From: Moniliella sp. 'wahieum' | Taxonomy: Eukaryota | Direction: 5' to 3' | DNA: 64,000 nucleotides | Assembly (NCBI GenBank): GCA_003971905.1 | Contig: RSEE01000034.1 | Span: forward strand, 372,001-436,000 | Shown here: positions 11,637 through 23,740 of the stretch, piece after piece | Layout of the letters: every line of letters starts with the position of its first letter | Numbering within the stretch: position 1 is the first letter of the stretch | Made by a program: the position numbers and the translations under genes | Notes under the pieces: generated by a model | Told to the model about the DNA's origin: nothing | Database searches by the model: none | Seen by the model: only the letters and a program-made list of their open reading frames with translations

Positions 11637-14600
11637 TTACATACCTCGAGAGCGGTTACGTACGTGACGACCAGCCAAGCCGGTAGCATTCGAGCTTGGT
11701 GGTACAACCGGGGACGACGGTGGGAACATGTCGGGCGAGCGCATGGGTAAGGGTGCGTAGGCCACTCTCCTTCCTGGCTCTGGCAGCGCGCTCATGGCTC
11801 CTACTCCCGCCCTGACCCCAGCCCCAATCCCAGCGCCTATCCCGCTCATGGCAGGCGCAGGTAATGACGGAGGCACGACGGGTAGGGCAGTCGAAGATCC
11901 AAGAGAAGGGAAGGGGCTGAACGAATTCTCCTTCTGCCACCCTTCTGCCGGTGGCTGGTGCGCCGATGAGTTGTCTACCTCCTCCTCATCGGACCAGGTT
12001 TCAGCTTCCAGCATGGCCTCCATATCGGTCGCCCCAATCATGGAGGCCTTACCCTCGCCTGCGCTTGTTTGCGCGCTGTCTGGCACCGGGGGAGCCAATA
12101 GAGGGGGGGGCGGCTGTGTCTCGTCGTATCCACCAATCTCGGCGCCCCATCGATCCTCGTCGCCCTCGGAGGATCCGCCATCCGAGAATGAATTCTGGCT
12201 GTTGTGGCTGCCGATCGGGTGCAGCATGCCATCTGCCCCATGGAGGTGAGGAGCGGGGGCCAAGGGCCCTCGTGGTCGGTCACGAACGCTTGACCAAACC
12301 GAGCTTCAAACTCGACGCGGCGTTTGGCTTCGCGCTTGAGTCTGCGCAAACGGCTCCGTTCCCACTCCTCCCAACGCCGCATCGGAATGCGCGCCATACT
12401 GGCTGCCAGCTCGGCATTACCATGACCAGCACCTTTCGCTTCGCCTTCGATCTTGCGCGTTTCGCCCCATGAAAAATCGTCAAAGTGCCAAAAGGAGTAG
12501 ACGGGCAGAATAAAGTTCCAGACGGGGAGGGCAATCAGATAGACAAACATGTACAGCACATATGTCACTTTACGTGTGGCGAGCACAATGAGTACCCCTG
12601 GTAAGCCCAGGACGGCAGCCAAGAGCATAAGGGGAATGGCATCGCTAAAGTCTTGGGGTGGGTTGATGCAGGCGCGGATGATGAGCGTGTAGGTCAAGGC
12701 AATGGCCACTGGCAATGAGGCCGTTCCAAACAAGTCCATGAAAACGGAAAACTGCATACTAAGACAAAACGTGCCACAGAGATCCCGAACCAAAACAAGC
12801 TCCATCAGGTTGTGAACCGTCGAGTTGATCCACCGCCGGCGCTGTGAGAGTAGCATGCGAAACGTGTCGGGGACCTCGGTCTTGCATCGTGCCCGCGGAC
12901 AAAACATCATCTTGCGACGCGGGAATGTCCGAAGCATAAGCGTGGTAAGAAATCGGTCTTCGCCCAGCAGGAGCAAATTCTTTTGGTGCAACGTGGTCGC
13001 CGTGCCTTGGCTGTACTCCTTGGTAATCTCAGGCGAGACAATAACTGGAACCCAGTCGTCCCCCCAGTCTTTCCGGGCCTTGATGCGATAAATGGAAAAG
13101 CACCCTGGAAGGCAGGTCACGCCTCCAAAGACAGATTCAAATGCTTTTTGGTTGTGATGGGAGATAAAGTATTCGAACACTTGGATCATCGTCACCCACG
13201 ACTGGTTCTTGTTGGTGATGCGTGTCTCGCCACAAGCACCCATGATCATGGGGTCGTGCGTCATGCAGTCGGCGAGGATACGCATGGCCGAGGGGTAGAC
13301 CTTGGTGTCGGCGTCAACCATGAGGCAGAGCTCGAAGAAATCGGGTGTAACCCCCATGAGAGTATGCACCTTGCGGAACAGATCAAAATCGAGAGGGGAC
13401 ATGGGGTCGTTGAAGGTGCATCGCTGCAGAAAGTTGATGAGGATCATCTGCGAGTCGCGCTTGCCACGATTGCCCGGCTTGGCGTCCTGCGCTTCCTCGG
13501 GTGTACCACACTTTACCACTACAACCATGGGTGTTCGACGACCACGGACACGTGTGTAATGTCCAGCATAGACCATGGCCATGTTATGCGCCTTGGACCC
13601 GCTGGATACGGAAGGAAAGCTCATTGGGGTCGGTGTCCCGAATCGAGGGTCAGATTCCAAGAGATTCACACACGTGGGGGGTGCTATGCTGTTCGCCATG
13701 ACCTGTGACCATGCCGTCGGCGACAATGAAGAGGAGTTTGCGACTGTGGGTAGTTGGTATTCGCCAAGGAGGCGAGCGTATTGTTGATTCCCTCCTCTCC
13801 TTCCGAGTAGGCCGTGATGAGGGTGACAATGTAGGGTGTGTCTCCGATTCCGCTGACTGACATGTCAGTAGCCGGAGGCATGCCTGCATGCGACGCAGAT
13901 GCCCAAGGGGCACTGCCAGGATTGCCGACGTTAGACATGGCCCCCTCCTGGGGCATATGGTTGAGGGGCACTCCAGAACGACCTTGGTTGGCTTTGGGCT
14001 TGTCCGTCATCCGCCAGGACATGAACCAGGCGAAGTACAATGCCATAAAAAACCGCACGAGAATGAGCATGAGAATGACAACCAGCGACATGTAGAGCAC
14101 CAGCTGGGTAAAGAAACACCCCGGTGTAATTTTATCAATCTTGCCCGCCTTGTACTTTTGCTGGAGACACTGAAATGTCTGGTCCCAGCGGGGCTGTGTG
14201 TAGAGTAGCGACGTGGCATCTTTGCCGCTCCCCAATGGGTCTGTCACTGCAGCACGAATGATCGTGTCCACAGGGTCATTGGGCAGCGGAGTGGGATGGG
14301 CAGCGATATAAGGCTCCATATTGAGTACGACACCGTCAATCACCTGAGCAGAACGAAAAAAGAATAACGGGTGGGATGGGAGTTAGACAACCAGGATGGA
14401 GAAAATGAGCTCCTGATCACGCGAGTATTCATATTAGCCAATACGTACAATATAATTGGTTAGGTTGCGCCAGCTTATGTCGGGCCAGCCGTATCCACCT
14501 GCCGTGTTGAGTTCTCAAACTTTTTGCAGCAAGGTTCGAAGCCGATAGTTCGCCCGACACACAGCCCCCTTTCTGTCCAGTAGAAGGCACGGTTACCGTG

Positions 14601-15258
14601 CATGAATCAAGGGTGGCAGCGGCGTAGGTCATTCCCGTACAAGCGGGCGTGTCCCGACGGAAAAGAAAGCTCACGTCGCTCCCTGGCATCAGTTGGGAGA
14701 GGTTGTACAGGTTGAAGCCTACCTGGCTTGCGTCGGGTACCTGAGCATTTCCAATCTTGACCATCCAGCCATCGATGCCGAGCTCACCAATGTACTGGTG
14801 ATCATTGATGTGGTAGAAGGATGCCTGGCTGTTCTGCGCCGACGCAGGGCAAAAAACAATCGTGAGACAGATGGTGATGAAGACAACAACCCACCGAAAA
14901 GGAGGAGAGATGGAGCACAGCGCACACTTCTCGCGCCACGCCTGCTGCGACGCGCGATCGCGGAGGCCGGCCACGCTGGCAAGCACAGAGCTGGGCGCCC
15001 AGCAGGTGATGACGCGGGCATACAGTGACCACCACTTGCTGCCAGTGCCCCCCCGGCCGGCAGACTGGTCGGGCGGGCTGATGAGAGGCGCCTGGGGCTG
15101 GCTGCGCTCGGGGCGGGTGAGGGGCGGGCGCGCCGCATTTGGGTAGGTGCACGCAGTGGAGGGGCAGAGATAGTGTCAAAGGGGATAGACGTATCAGGCG
15201 CAGGCGCTCCGCGCATGCGAATGAACGTCTTGCCCGACAGGTCGTTTCTGCGCGGCAT
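11637..15258 (-). CDS. Chitin synthase, class IV (Chs3-like), with cytochrome b5-like region
   Basis: [87 protein letters not shown]. No myosin domain. Intron ~14345-14448. Several frameshifts. Confidence 0.93.
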
Positions 15259-16770
15259 GGCGGGCACCGTGGGACACGCAGGGGGGAGGAGGGAGGGGAA
15301 GAAAGGAGTGTGGTGGGGGTGGTGGTGGTGTGGTGGTGGTCCTGGCAGGATGGTCGATCAGAGCCAGACCAACACACGCCGTAGAGCAGCTCGCGTCCAA
15401 TGTGGACCGCGTTTGACGCATCCAGCCGAGCCACCTGGCCCCCTGCAGTGGCGGTGCATGGGCCGAGCAACGCTCGCCCTGCCTCGTGGCCGCGGAGCAG
15501 CGGCGCTGCGCTGCGGGTGGACACTGCGCCTGTGCCTGCCCCACGTCTCGCTCCCCGCCCTCCAGGCCATGCGGCCCAGCCCGCGCGCGCCAGTGTCCGG
15601 CCACCAGCTCTGCTCCACACACTGCCCCCAAGGCACCCCCGAGCCCACGCCAGCCAAAATACTCCGCTGCGGTGGCCTTGCCGTATAATACGAGGGGACT
15701 CCTTGTTCCGCAACGACGCAAGCGAGAAGAGCCATGGGGGGGCGGTGTCCTGCCAGGCAGCCACTCTTATCGCTGCCAAGAGACGCTGTGGGCCACCACA
15801 TCCACCGCCTCCGCAGTCATTATATGAGCAGCAGGGATGTGTACCAACAGACAATCATAATTCGTGTAGCGCACACGTCCTTAGAATACGAATAGCTTGA
15901 TGTCCGTCTGTCTACATCCTCCTCAGCAGGTCACAGATGTCAGCCACCACTGGTGTTCTCTTCAGTCGCTCCTCATCAGGCCTAGGAGCTGCGCTGTGTT
16001 CTCGCTTCTGTCTTCCCGCCAGAGGCGGGCTATACTAGGTGATGGCGACTGGCTGTGGATGTGCTTGATGATCATGTGCCGCTGTAGAAAAGAGGGGTGC
16101 CATCTGGTTGGTTTATACCACCACCACTATTATAGCAAGTACGATTGCCACATCACCCTCGAGACTCAGGTTCAAAACAAGAGTCTAGGGGGCAAAGCTA
16201 CTCTATTTATACTTTGCGCCATTCACAGTTGCCATCAGGAGAGAGCCGACGGAGCTCTCCACGACAAGACTTTTCGTCACCCCATTCCCACGCACATATA
16301 CCTCCGAGAGGGAGCTTGGTGGAACTACCACCAGGCACCTGGCCGCCACTAATTGGCCCACGAACGGAAGCACTTATTGGTCGCTGCGAGACAAAGTGCG
16401 CCACTGCGGGCATGAGAACGTTTTCTTCGGCGATCACAGGGAGAATGCTCCTCTATTGAAGAGTTTTAGGCGTGGAGTGGTCTCCTCTTATTTGGAAGAC
16501 CGCGTCCTGAATATTGGGCGCATATATACCTGTGATGTGGGACGTGGTCGGGGCTGAGAAGGGGATGTAGGCGAGGAGAGGCATCACAGTATAGTTAATG
16601 TTGGCACGCCGTCTTTTCAGGCTGGGGCGATATAGTGCCTGTAACGCGTTACCCAAAGACCAGAGATGATAATAGATCCCGACAGTCAGAACGGTGCGAG
16701 GCCGCGTTGGGGGGGCAAAAGGGTTGCAACACCATCAACGCCTGGCCACAACATATGACCGAGAAAAAAT

Positions 16771-16853
16771 TGCCTCTTACCCGATTCGAACGAGTGATCT
16801 TCGCATTGCAAGCCTAGTACAAGTGCGACGCCTTGCCACTGAGCTAAAGAGGC
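16771..16853 (-). tRNA. tRNA-Thr(TGT) with 11-nt intron
   Basis: Reverse complement folds as acceptor GCCTCTT/AAGAGGC, anticodon stem TCGCA/TGCGA around CT-TGT-A, intron CTAGGCTTGCA after position 37, T-arm ACTCG-TTCGAAT-CGGGT. T6 terminator lies just downstream. Confidence 0.93.
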
Positions 16854-17299
16854 TGCTTGCTTTGAGAAATGTAAAACAGTACATAACCAGGGTACAGATC
16901 ATTTAGGCTCCTTGGTTAGGCATCTGCTCCAGTCGGGCAGAAGCAGCACGACCACCACCTAAGCCTGGCCTCATCGCATTTTCCCAGCGCTACTCTGCCC
17001 TGCTAGCTGTGGGAAGCAGCTCCCTACCAGCGGCACAGGCGGCGAAGAGAGAATGCGAAGACATGACGCGCGGTAGGCGAAACAAGCACTGATGAGGGAG
17101 CGGGCTAGTTAGCAGTTCTCTTCCCCCCGTCGGGATACCTCTATAGCGGCTAGTGAGGGCAGAACCAGCTAAGCCATGGCCCATCTCACAGTCACTACGA
17201 GCCCTCTACCTTCCCAAGACATCTGTAGGTACATCGCGCAACGGTAGTACATTCACCTTCTTAGGCTCCTCCCTCAACCTCTCTTCCTCCTCTCACAGA

Positions 17300-20200
17300 T
17301 CAAGCACGACGCACTCGCTTCCGCGCCGGGCCGGTCGGCCCGACATGATGCGTCTCATCTGCCTCAGGCTCAGCCTCGACCTCTGCCTCAGCCTCCACCT
17401 CCACCTCCACCTCCACCTCAGGAGCAGGCGTTTCGGCCCCGGCTTCCGACACGTCTTCCATCACCGTGTCCTCACCCCCGCCCTCTCTCCGCCCCGGCCC
17501 GATCCTTCTCCGTTTGGCCCTCTGCGCCAGTCCAAGGGCAGCACGTTCTCTCGCCGCAGGTTGCTCCGTGGTGGGCTCGTTGGCTCGGGCGCAGTGGGCT
17601 CGGGCGCGATCTTGTCCAGGTTGCCGAGGCGGGAGGCGATGGAGACCAAGCGCCGTTCGTAGAATTGCACATGCTCCATAGCGCGTGTCGTCGAAGCTGG
17701 CAGCGCGTCGCCAGGGCGGTGAGTTTGCCATCGAGAGCCAGCTTGATGGCAATCGCGTCCTTGGGACGCGCTCCGGCCAACAGGTTGGCCAGCAACGGAA
17801 CACGGGCAGCGTCCGGCCCACCTCGCGCTTTTTCCCACTCTTTTCCGCCGCGGCCACTTGGTCCAGCCAGGCACTGACAAGACGCTCATGCAGGCCAATC
17901 AGGCAGAGCACCTGCACGACCCCACAATGCTGAGGTTCCGCCCCGCAGACGAGCGCTCCAGACAAAAGACGTGCCAGGCGTTGCACCACCGCGGCGGGTA
18001 CCACCCCTTCCGTCACGGCATCTTGGGCCTGCGGTGCAATCATTCGTTGGTTAGCATCTACGCAAGTCGGCATGAAAAACTAGGTGCACATACCATCTTT
18101 AACGCATTTTCCACCAGCGAAACCACATCCTCTTGGGCATGCCGCAATGTCGAAAGCGAGCGCGCCACCTCGACGGCGGCCTTGACCAGCGCATCGTACG
18201 CCGGCGTAATCCGGCCATACTGGGCCACGGCCGAAGCCAGCTTGTGAACTCGGAGAATGCCCAGGTGCGCAAGACGAACCAACTGCCCCAGGCCCATGCA
18301 AGCTTGGTGGGCCAACTCGGCCTTGCGCGCGGTCACGTCCGCGTCCTCAACGACGGGCTGGGTAGGCTGAGTCTCCCCTTCTTCCTCCGAATCAGCGTGG
18401 TTGCTGCCGGCATCCGAGCCGCCCTGGGATGGACCTACCGGGGGTACGGGTGGCATACGCTTCCACCGCCTCATCCGTAGCGGCACGGACGATCGAAGGG
18501 ATCCGGTCGTCCAGCTCATAAGAGCCGAGGGCAGTGTGCAACGCCCTGGTTACAAGACGCGCGGTCGTCGTCCCGCCTGCGGGGTCATCCGTATTGTCAA
18601 CCTCCGCACCCTCTCCCAAAGATTCTCGTAGGATCAGGTAGGAGACCAAGGCTTCCACTGCTACGGTGGTCACGCGGGGCGTGGCTGCCGTGTCTTCCGT
18701 GTACGAGTACTCTTGAATCAAGTTGAGGTACGTGATGAGGGCGGTACGGATTCGCTCGACGCGCTCTTGTTCGTAGTTGGCTTCTTTGAGCAACCAGAGC
18801 ACCACAAACTCGAGCGTTTTAAGCCCATCCGCCACAAGCAAGGATTCCTCCTCGTAGCCCAACCGGCCACGAGAAACGATGGCGTACAGAATGTCCCAGG
18901 CGGGCGTCGCATCAGCCTCGGAGCCAAAAACGTCGGGAGCAGAGTGGGCGCCCAGGACCGCTTGCAACCGAGCGCAGGTGGTTTGAAGCGTGTAGATATC
19001 GTTCTCGTTCAGCGTTGCCGTCTCAAGGTCGCGTTCGGCCGCCGTGTCTCGCAAATTCTGAATCAACTCCTCGGCCAGTGCATGCATCCGATCTGCCACG
19101 CCAGTTGCACCCGTGGTCGAGGTAGCAGCCGAGATACGCTGCATACCCGCCGCTGCCTTGACAAGAAGTGCGGGCTCATTGTGTCTTAACAACAGAGCAT
19201 GCAGTTCCGACCACAGCGCTTCACGATCCGTGTTATCCTCACCTTCAGCCAAGCGAGCAGCAGGGATATAGGGGACCAGAGCAAGAATACGCAGTTCCAC
19301 CGCACTGTCTGTCCGATGCCGGCTCAAGAGCTTGGGAATCGCACCCAGCAGCAAGCCTAGATCGGGGACCGTTTCAGCTGCATCAGGGTCGGTCTCGGCC
19401 TCCTCTTGCGCTTTGGCAATCATGGTCGGCATTGCTTCGAGCAGGGTGGCCTCTTGCACGCGGTTGATTGCAAATGTGCCATGAGCAGATGAGGTGTCCA
19501 CATCGATGCCGTCCTCGCCTGCGCCTCCTGCAGCAGCCTGCACCTCGTCGGGCTGACCGTGAAGGATGAGGTCTAAGACGCCGGGCCAGTTGCTTAGGTT
19601 GGAAGCTTCTTCCCAGAGAGCTTCGATGGCAAAGCCGACCCGCGAGGGCTCGTTAGCGCTAGCGCTCGGTATGGCCTTGGCTGCCGTGTCAATGCGAGCA
19701 CCTTGGCTGAGCACCTCGGAAAAGCTCTTGAAAATCGCGAACGTCTCGCTCTTCGCTCCAATCCCCTTGGCCTTTCTGCTCGACGCGTTTGGCAATGACG
19801 CCCTCCTTGATAATGTCGGCGTTGCGGAGTAAAACGGTAATGACAAAGGGGGCGACGGCCGTGCGGATTTTGGGCTCAGCACTGAAAATTTGCAAAGCCA
19901 CCTCGTCTTGTTCCTCGGGTTCGAGAAGATTGTGCTCGTTCACCAGTGCCAAGAGCTCTAGCGCTTTGCAGCGGACAGCCAAGTCAACATCGCCTCGAGA
20001 CATCTCGAGAAGACGGGGCAGAATGCGCTGGGTGAATTGGCGTACAGAAGCATGCAGGCCGAGACCATACAAACTGATCATGGCATTGACCGCAGTCAGG
20101 CGAACATGCACATCCTCGTCGGCGAGCACGAGGCCAAGGTAAGTAAAGTAGGCCGGGCGGAGAAACTTGTCGGGATCGGCAGTCATCCAGATGCCGAGTT

Positions 20201-21267
20201 CGTGGATACAGTCTGTGCGAATGCCCGGGTCCGTGTCGCGATAGCGATGGACAAAGACGCCGGAAACCATGTCCTTGATAAACTCGTCCACTTGCTCCAC
20301 CACGGCAGTTGTCTCAGCCAGACGCGCCTCTTGCTCCTGCAGTCGACTCTTGTTAACACGTGCCTTGGCTTTCTCAGCGGCACATTGCTTGGTCAGCTTG
20401 ACACTCTCCTGTCGCGAATCCGCTTCGATGGCCAAGAGGGAAGTAACGCTGAGGAGAGCGGCAACGGTCGATGTGTGCCGAAACGAGCGGAGGGGAGAGG
20501 AGGAGCCGGCACTGAGCCAGGTGGCGAGGGTAGAGAGGAGCACACCATCTTGCAATTGGTCGGCATCCGCGGCCGAAAGGAAGATGCGGCGGAGCAACTC
20601 GGCGAGGCTGTGGCGGAACTTCTTGAACTGGGGAGAACGCGAAACGAGGGGGTACGCAGCCGGGGAATCGCGTTTGAAAATCTCTTGAATGTCATCCAGC
20701 GTGTCCACAACGCCATCCAAATCCTGCACTTGGTCCTCATCGACACTTTCGTTGCAGGCACTGGCGCGAAGAATGAAGGTAACCAGCTGGGCCAGCGCAG
20801 CGCCGGCATGGGTCTGGTAGTTCATGACCCAGTCTTCGGCAGTGCTCTGGAGCGCGGCGGAAGGGTTGCCTACGGCATTGAAGATGATGTTGTCGTTGTT
20901 GATGTGGAGCTCAGCACGAGACTGGGCTGCATTCAGGGTGCGCGGACCGCGGCGAGCAGGCGCGCGCTTGGCGCCCCCGACGACGCGAACGGCCGCGGCC
21001 GACTTGGCAGCAGGCTTGGTCTTTGGTTTGGGCGCGGCGGGGGGGCGGTCGGGGCGGGCGCGCTTGCGGCCACGAGGGTTGGCGCTGCCGCGGCCGCGGC
21101 GCTTGCGCGGCGGGGAGGCAGAGGACGCGTCCGAGTCGGATGCACTTTCGTCCGAGAGCAGGGACTCGGGCGAGATGCGGGCGCGGGTGGCACGCGCCGA
21201 GCGGCGGGGGGCGCGAGCGGGGGCTGTGGGTGGGGGGGGGGGGGGTCAGCAGGAGGGCGGCGGGCAT
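17300..21267 (-). CDS. SCC3: Cohesin subunit Scc3/Psc3/STAG (stromalin)
   Basis: YPLVSRSPQFKKFR, SSSPLRSFRHTSTVAAL, VFVHRYRDTDPGIRTDCIHELGIWM, FTQRILPRLLEM...DVD (STAG/SCD domains). Spread across frameshifted ORFs. Intron ~18048-18092. Confidence 0.9.
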
Positions 21268-21354
21268 GGCGAGGGCGGAGGCGGGCGCGGGACGTACAGG
21301 CAGACATGGGGGTGGGATGGTGGTCGGGTCGAGCAGCGGACGAGAGGCACCGCC

Positions 21355-21460
21355 GACGCGTGGCGCCGCCTCGCCGCCGTGCCGGCCGCGCACTGGCGCT
21401 GTGTGCGGCACCGCGTCGCGTCCAGTGGGCAGCGCGGGGTGTGTACGTAAGACGCGACGT
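21355..21460. promoter_or_regulatory. Cluster of MCB-like ACGCGT/ACGCGA elements upstream of SCC3
   Basis: gacgcgtgg, cgcgtcgcgt and gacgcgac lie within ~200 bp of the start. Similar gacgcgaa pairs occur upstream of CMR1 (~39040-39100). Function is inferred from yeast G1/S regulation. Confidence 0.35.
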
Positions 21461-21749
21461 AATGTGCAGGAGATGCGCTGGGTGGGCGCAGCTGCACGGA
21501 GACGCAGCGCTGAGCTCAGCCATCATGCATCATGCATCCATCAGCGCATGGGGCGCAGGCCCAGTGTGGGCCCCGCGGACTCCGGCGGCCTGGCCCAGCC
21601 CAGCGCCGCACTAGCCAACCCTAGGCGGAGGCCTGCGTGACGACGGCCTGCCGGCTGGATATTAGCAAGACTCCCTGCATCCACAACAGGCCCTCGTCCG
21701 CACCGTCTCCACTTCTCTCGCATCCCCGCCCCCCGCCCCCTCCGCCCCC

Positions 21750-22775
21750 ATGTCGGCCATCTACTCCATCTACACCTCCCCCAACCACGCCCCCATCCCC
21801 AACCACCTCCCCACCCTCATCGTCCCCCTACGGCCAGCCCCACCACACCCTGTGAGCACCTCCGCCCCCCGCCGCCTCGCCCCCCCCCCCCCCCCCGAAT
21901 GCTGACCCCATCCTGCCTCTCCAGCTACTCGTACATCCACACCAACTACAACAAGGAATGCTACCTCCTCACGCCCTCGCCCCAGGGCGACCTGTGCGTC
22001 GCCAAGATGCTCCCTCCGCCCGGCTCTCGCGCCCTCGGTGGCCCGCCCGAGCCTAGCCGCGGCGACCGCAGTGTGCGCTGCGAGGCCTCCCGCAACCTCA
22101 AGTGGAGCATCAGCAACACAGGCATCCACGCCCCCGTCTACAAACTCACTCTTCCCAACCCCGACTCGCCCGGCAGCGAGCAGCCTCTCTTCCAGATCTC
22201 CAAGCCCAACCCGCACGCCCACTGGTGGACGCTGTTCTACTTTACCTATGCCGGCCACCTCATCCCGCCCAAGCGCGTCGAGTTTGGCAAGATCCAAAAG
22301 TCCTCTGGCTCCACTGGCGGCACCCGCGTCTCCATTACGGGCAAGACCCCGAGGAGAAGGCGGTATGGCAGACGTTGGGCGAAGGCAACGAGGACATGGT
22401 GGAATGGATTGTGCTCTGTGCCGCGCTCAACGTGCTCGATGACGAGATCGTCAAGGCCGCCACGGACAAGGCCGGTTTCCAAGCCCCCCGCCCGAGCCCG
22501 GCCACCGTCCAATCCAGTCGGCCTGCCGCCGGTCCCGCTCGTGCCCCCCATCCCAGGGGGTAGCCAGCGCGGTGCCTCGCAATGCGGGCCCAGCACCGCA
22601 AACCGCAGCTCCGCAGACCCAGTTTACCGGCCGGCCAGTGATGCCGCCGGCGGGCTATGGCTCTCCAGCAGGCTACCCCACCCAGCAGGCCCCCCGCTGG
22701 CTACCCGGCCCAACAGGCCCCCCCGCTGGCTACGCAGTGCCCATGCCCCAGCAGGCCAATGGGCGGCGGTACTAA
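21750..22775 (+). CDS. Hypothetical protein, Pro-rich C-terminus
   Basis: ATG 21750; intron ~21852-21924 (GTGAGC..CTGAC..CAG); strong codon bias. Globular part VYKLTLPNP...LFQISKPNP...WWTLFYFTYAGHLIPPKRVEFGKI...EDMVEWIVLCAALNVLDDEI. Frameshifted. Confidence 0.75.
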
Positions 22776-23740
22776 TCCGTTGGCGCTCTGATCGTCCTTG
22801 CTTTTTCCCTTGTCGGAGCTGGCTCGACGCACTTGTGCGCCATGGACTCCAGAGAGGATTGTGGGCAGGTGCGAGGGAGGGGGGGGGGGAGGTTAGGGCG
22901 CGGACTGCCCCGCGCTTCTTTCCATCCACCTTTTCTGCCTTGTTGATCCCGCTCCTCACCTCCTCTTGCTTCTCTTCTCTCTCTTCTCTCTTCTCTCCCC
23001 ATCTCTTCCCCCTAGCTCCCATTCCGGTTTCTCTCGTTTTTTTCTGTTTTTCTGTTTGGCGCTGCTGTCTTTCTGGCGGAAACTGTATGCTTTGGTCGGC
23101 GCGGACGTTCCCGCTTGCCGTCGCGCTTTCCATCCCGAGCGGTGCTGGTTGGGGAACTGTAGGTCTGGGCTGGCTCAGCTCGGCGCACATGGCCCGCGAC
23201 GCAGCAAGGGGCGTGGAATACGTGCGGTTGGGCGGCTACCAGAGGCCGGAGGGCGGGCCGACGAATGGACAATGGACACTGTGGTTTTGGTTCCACGCAG
23301 GAAATCAAATGCAATGGCCTGCGCCATGATTGATGGTCATCATGAATGAATGATGATCCAGTAAGTAACAAAGCGGCCTCCTCACCACGGCAGCAACACT
23401 GCGCCCGGGGGACGAGGAAGTCCCCGCATCGTCAGTGGGCCAAGGAGTCAAGATACAGTAGGAAAGGCAGAAGATGAAATGGGGACCGGGGAGGGTAAGC
23501 GTGAGCGTGAGCGTGAGTGCGGGCGAGGGGGAAATGGAAGAGCAAGCGAAAAAAAGAGCAGCGAGTGGCAGGGAAAACAGAGGACCATGCGGGAAAAAAG
23601 GGGGGAGTGCGAAAACAAGAGAGACCCCAAGCAGTAGCAGCAGGTGAGAAGCAGAGAAACCGTAATAGACACCGGGCGTCTCGTCAACGTTCAGCTGGGA
23701 AGTGAAGCACACAGACTCATTGTGCATAGCAGAACACCAG

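Noticed and set aside
15897..16656. Short ORFs between chitin synthase and tRNA-Thr
   Set aside because: No codon bias or recognisable motifs; likely spurious.
17070..17092. SRP RNA helix 8 (AGG...GAAA...AGCA)
   Set aside because: Only 7 nt lie between AGG and AGCA, against about 10 with a 3-bp stem in canonical SRP RNA, and no clear Alu domain or Pol III terminator is present.
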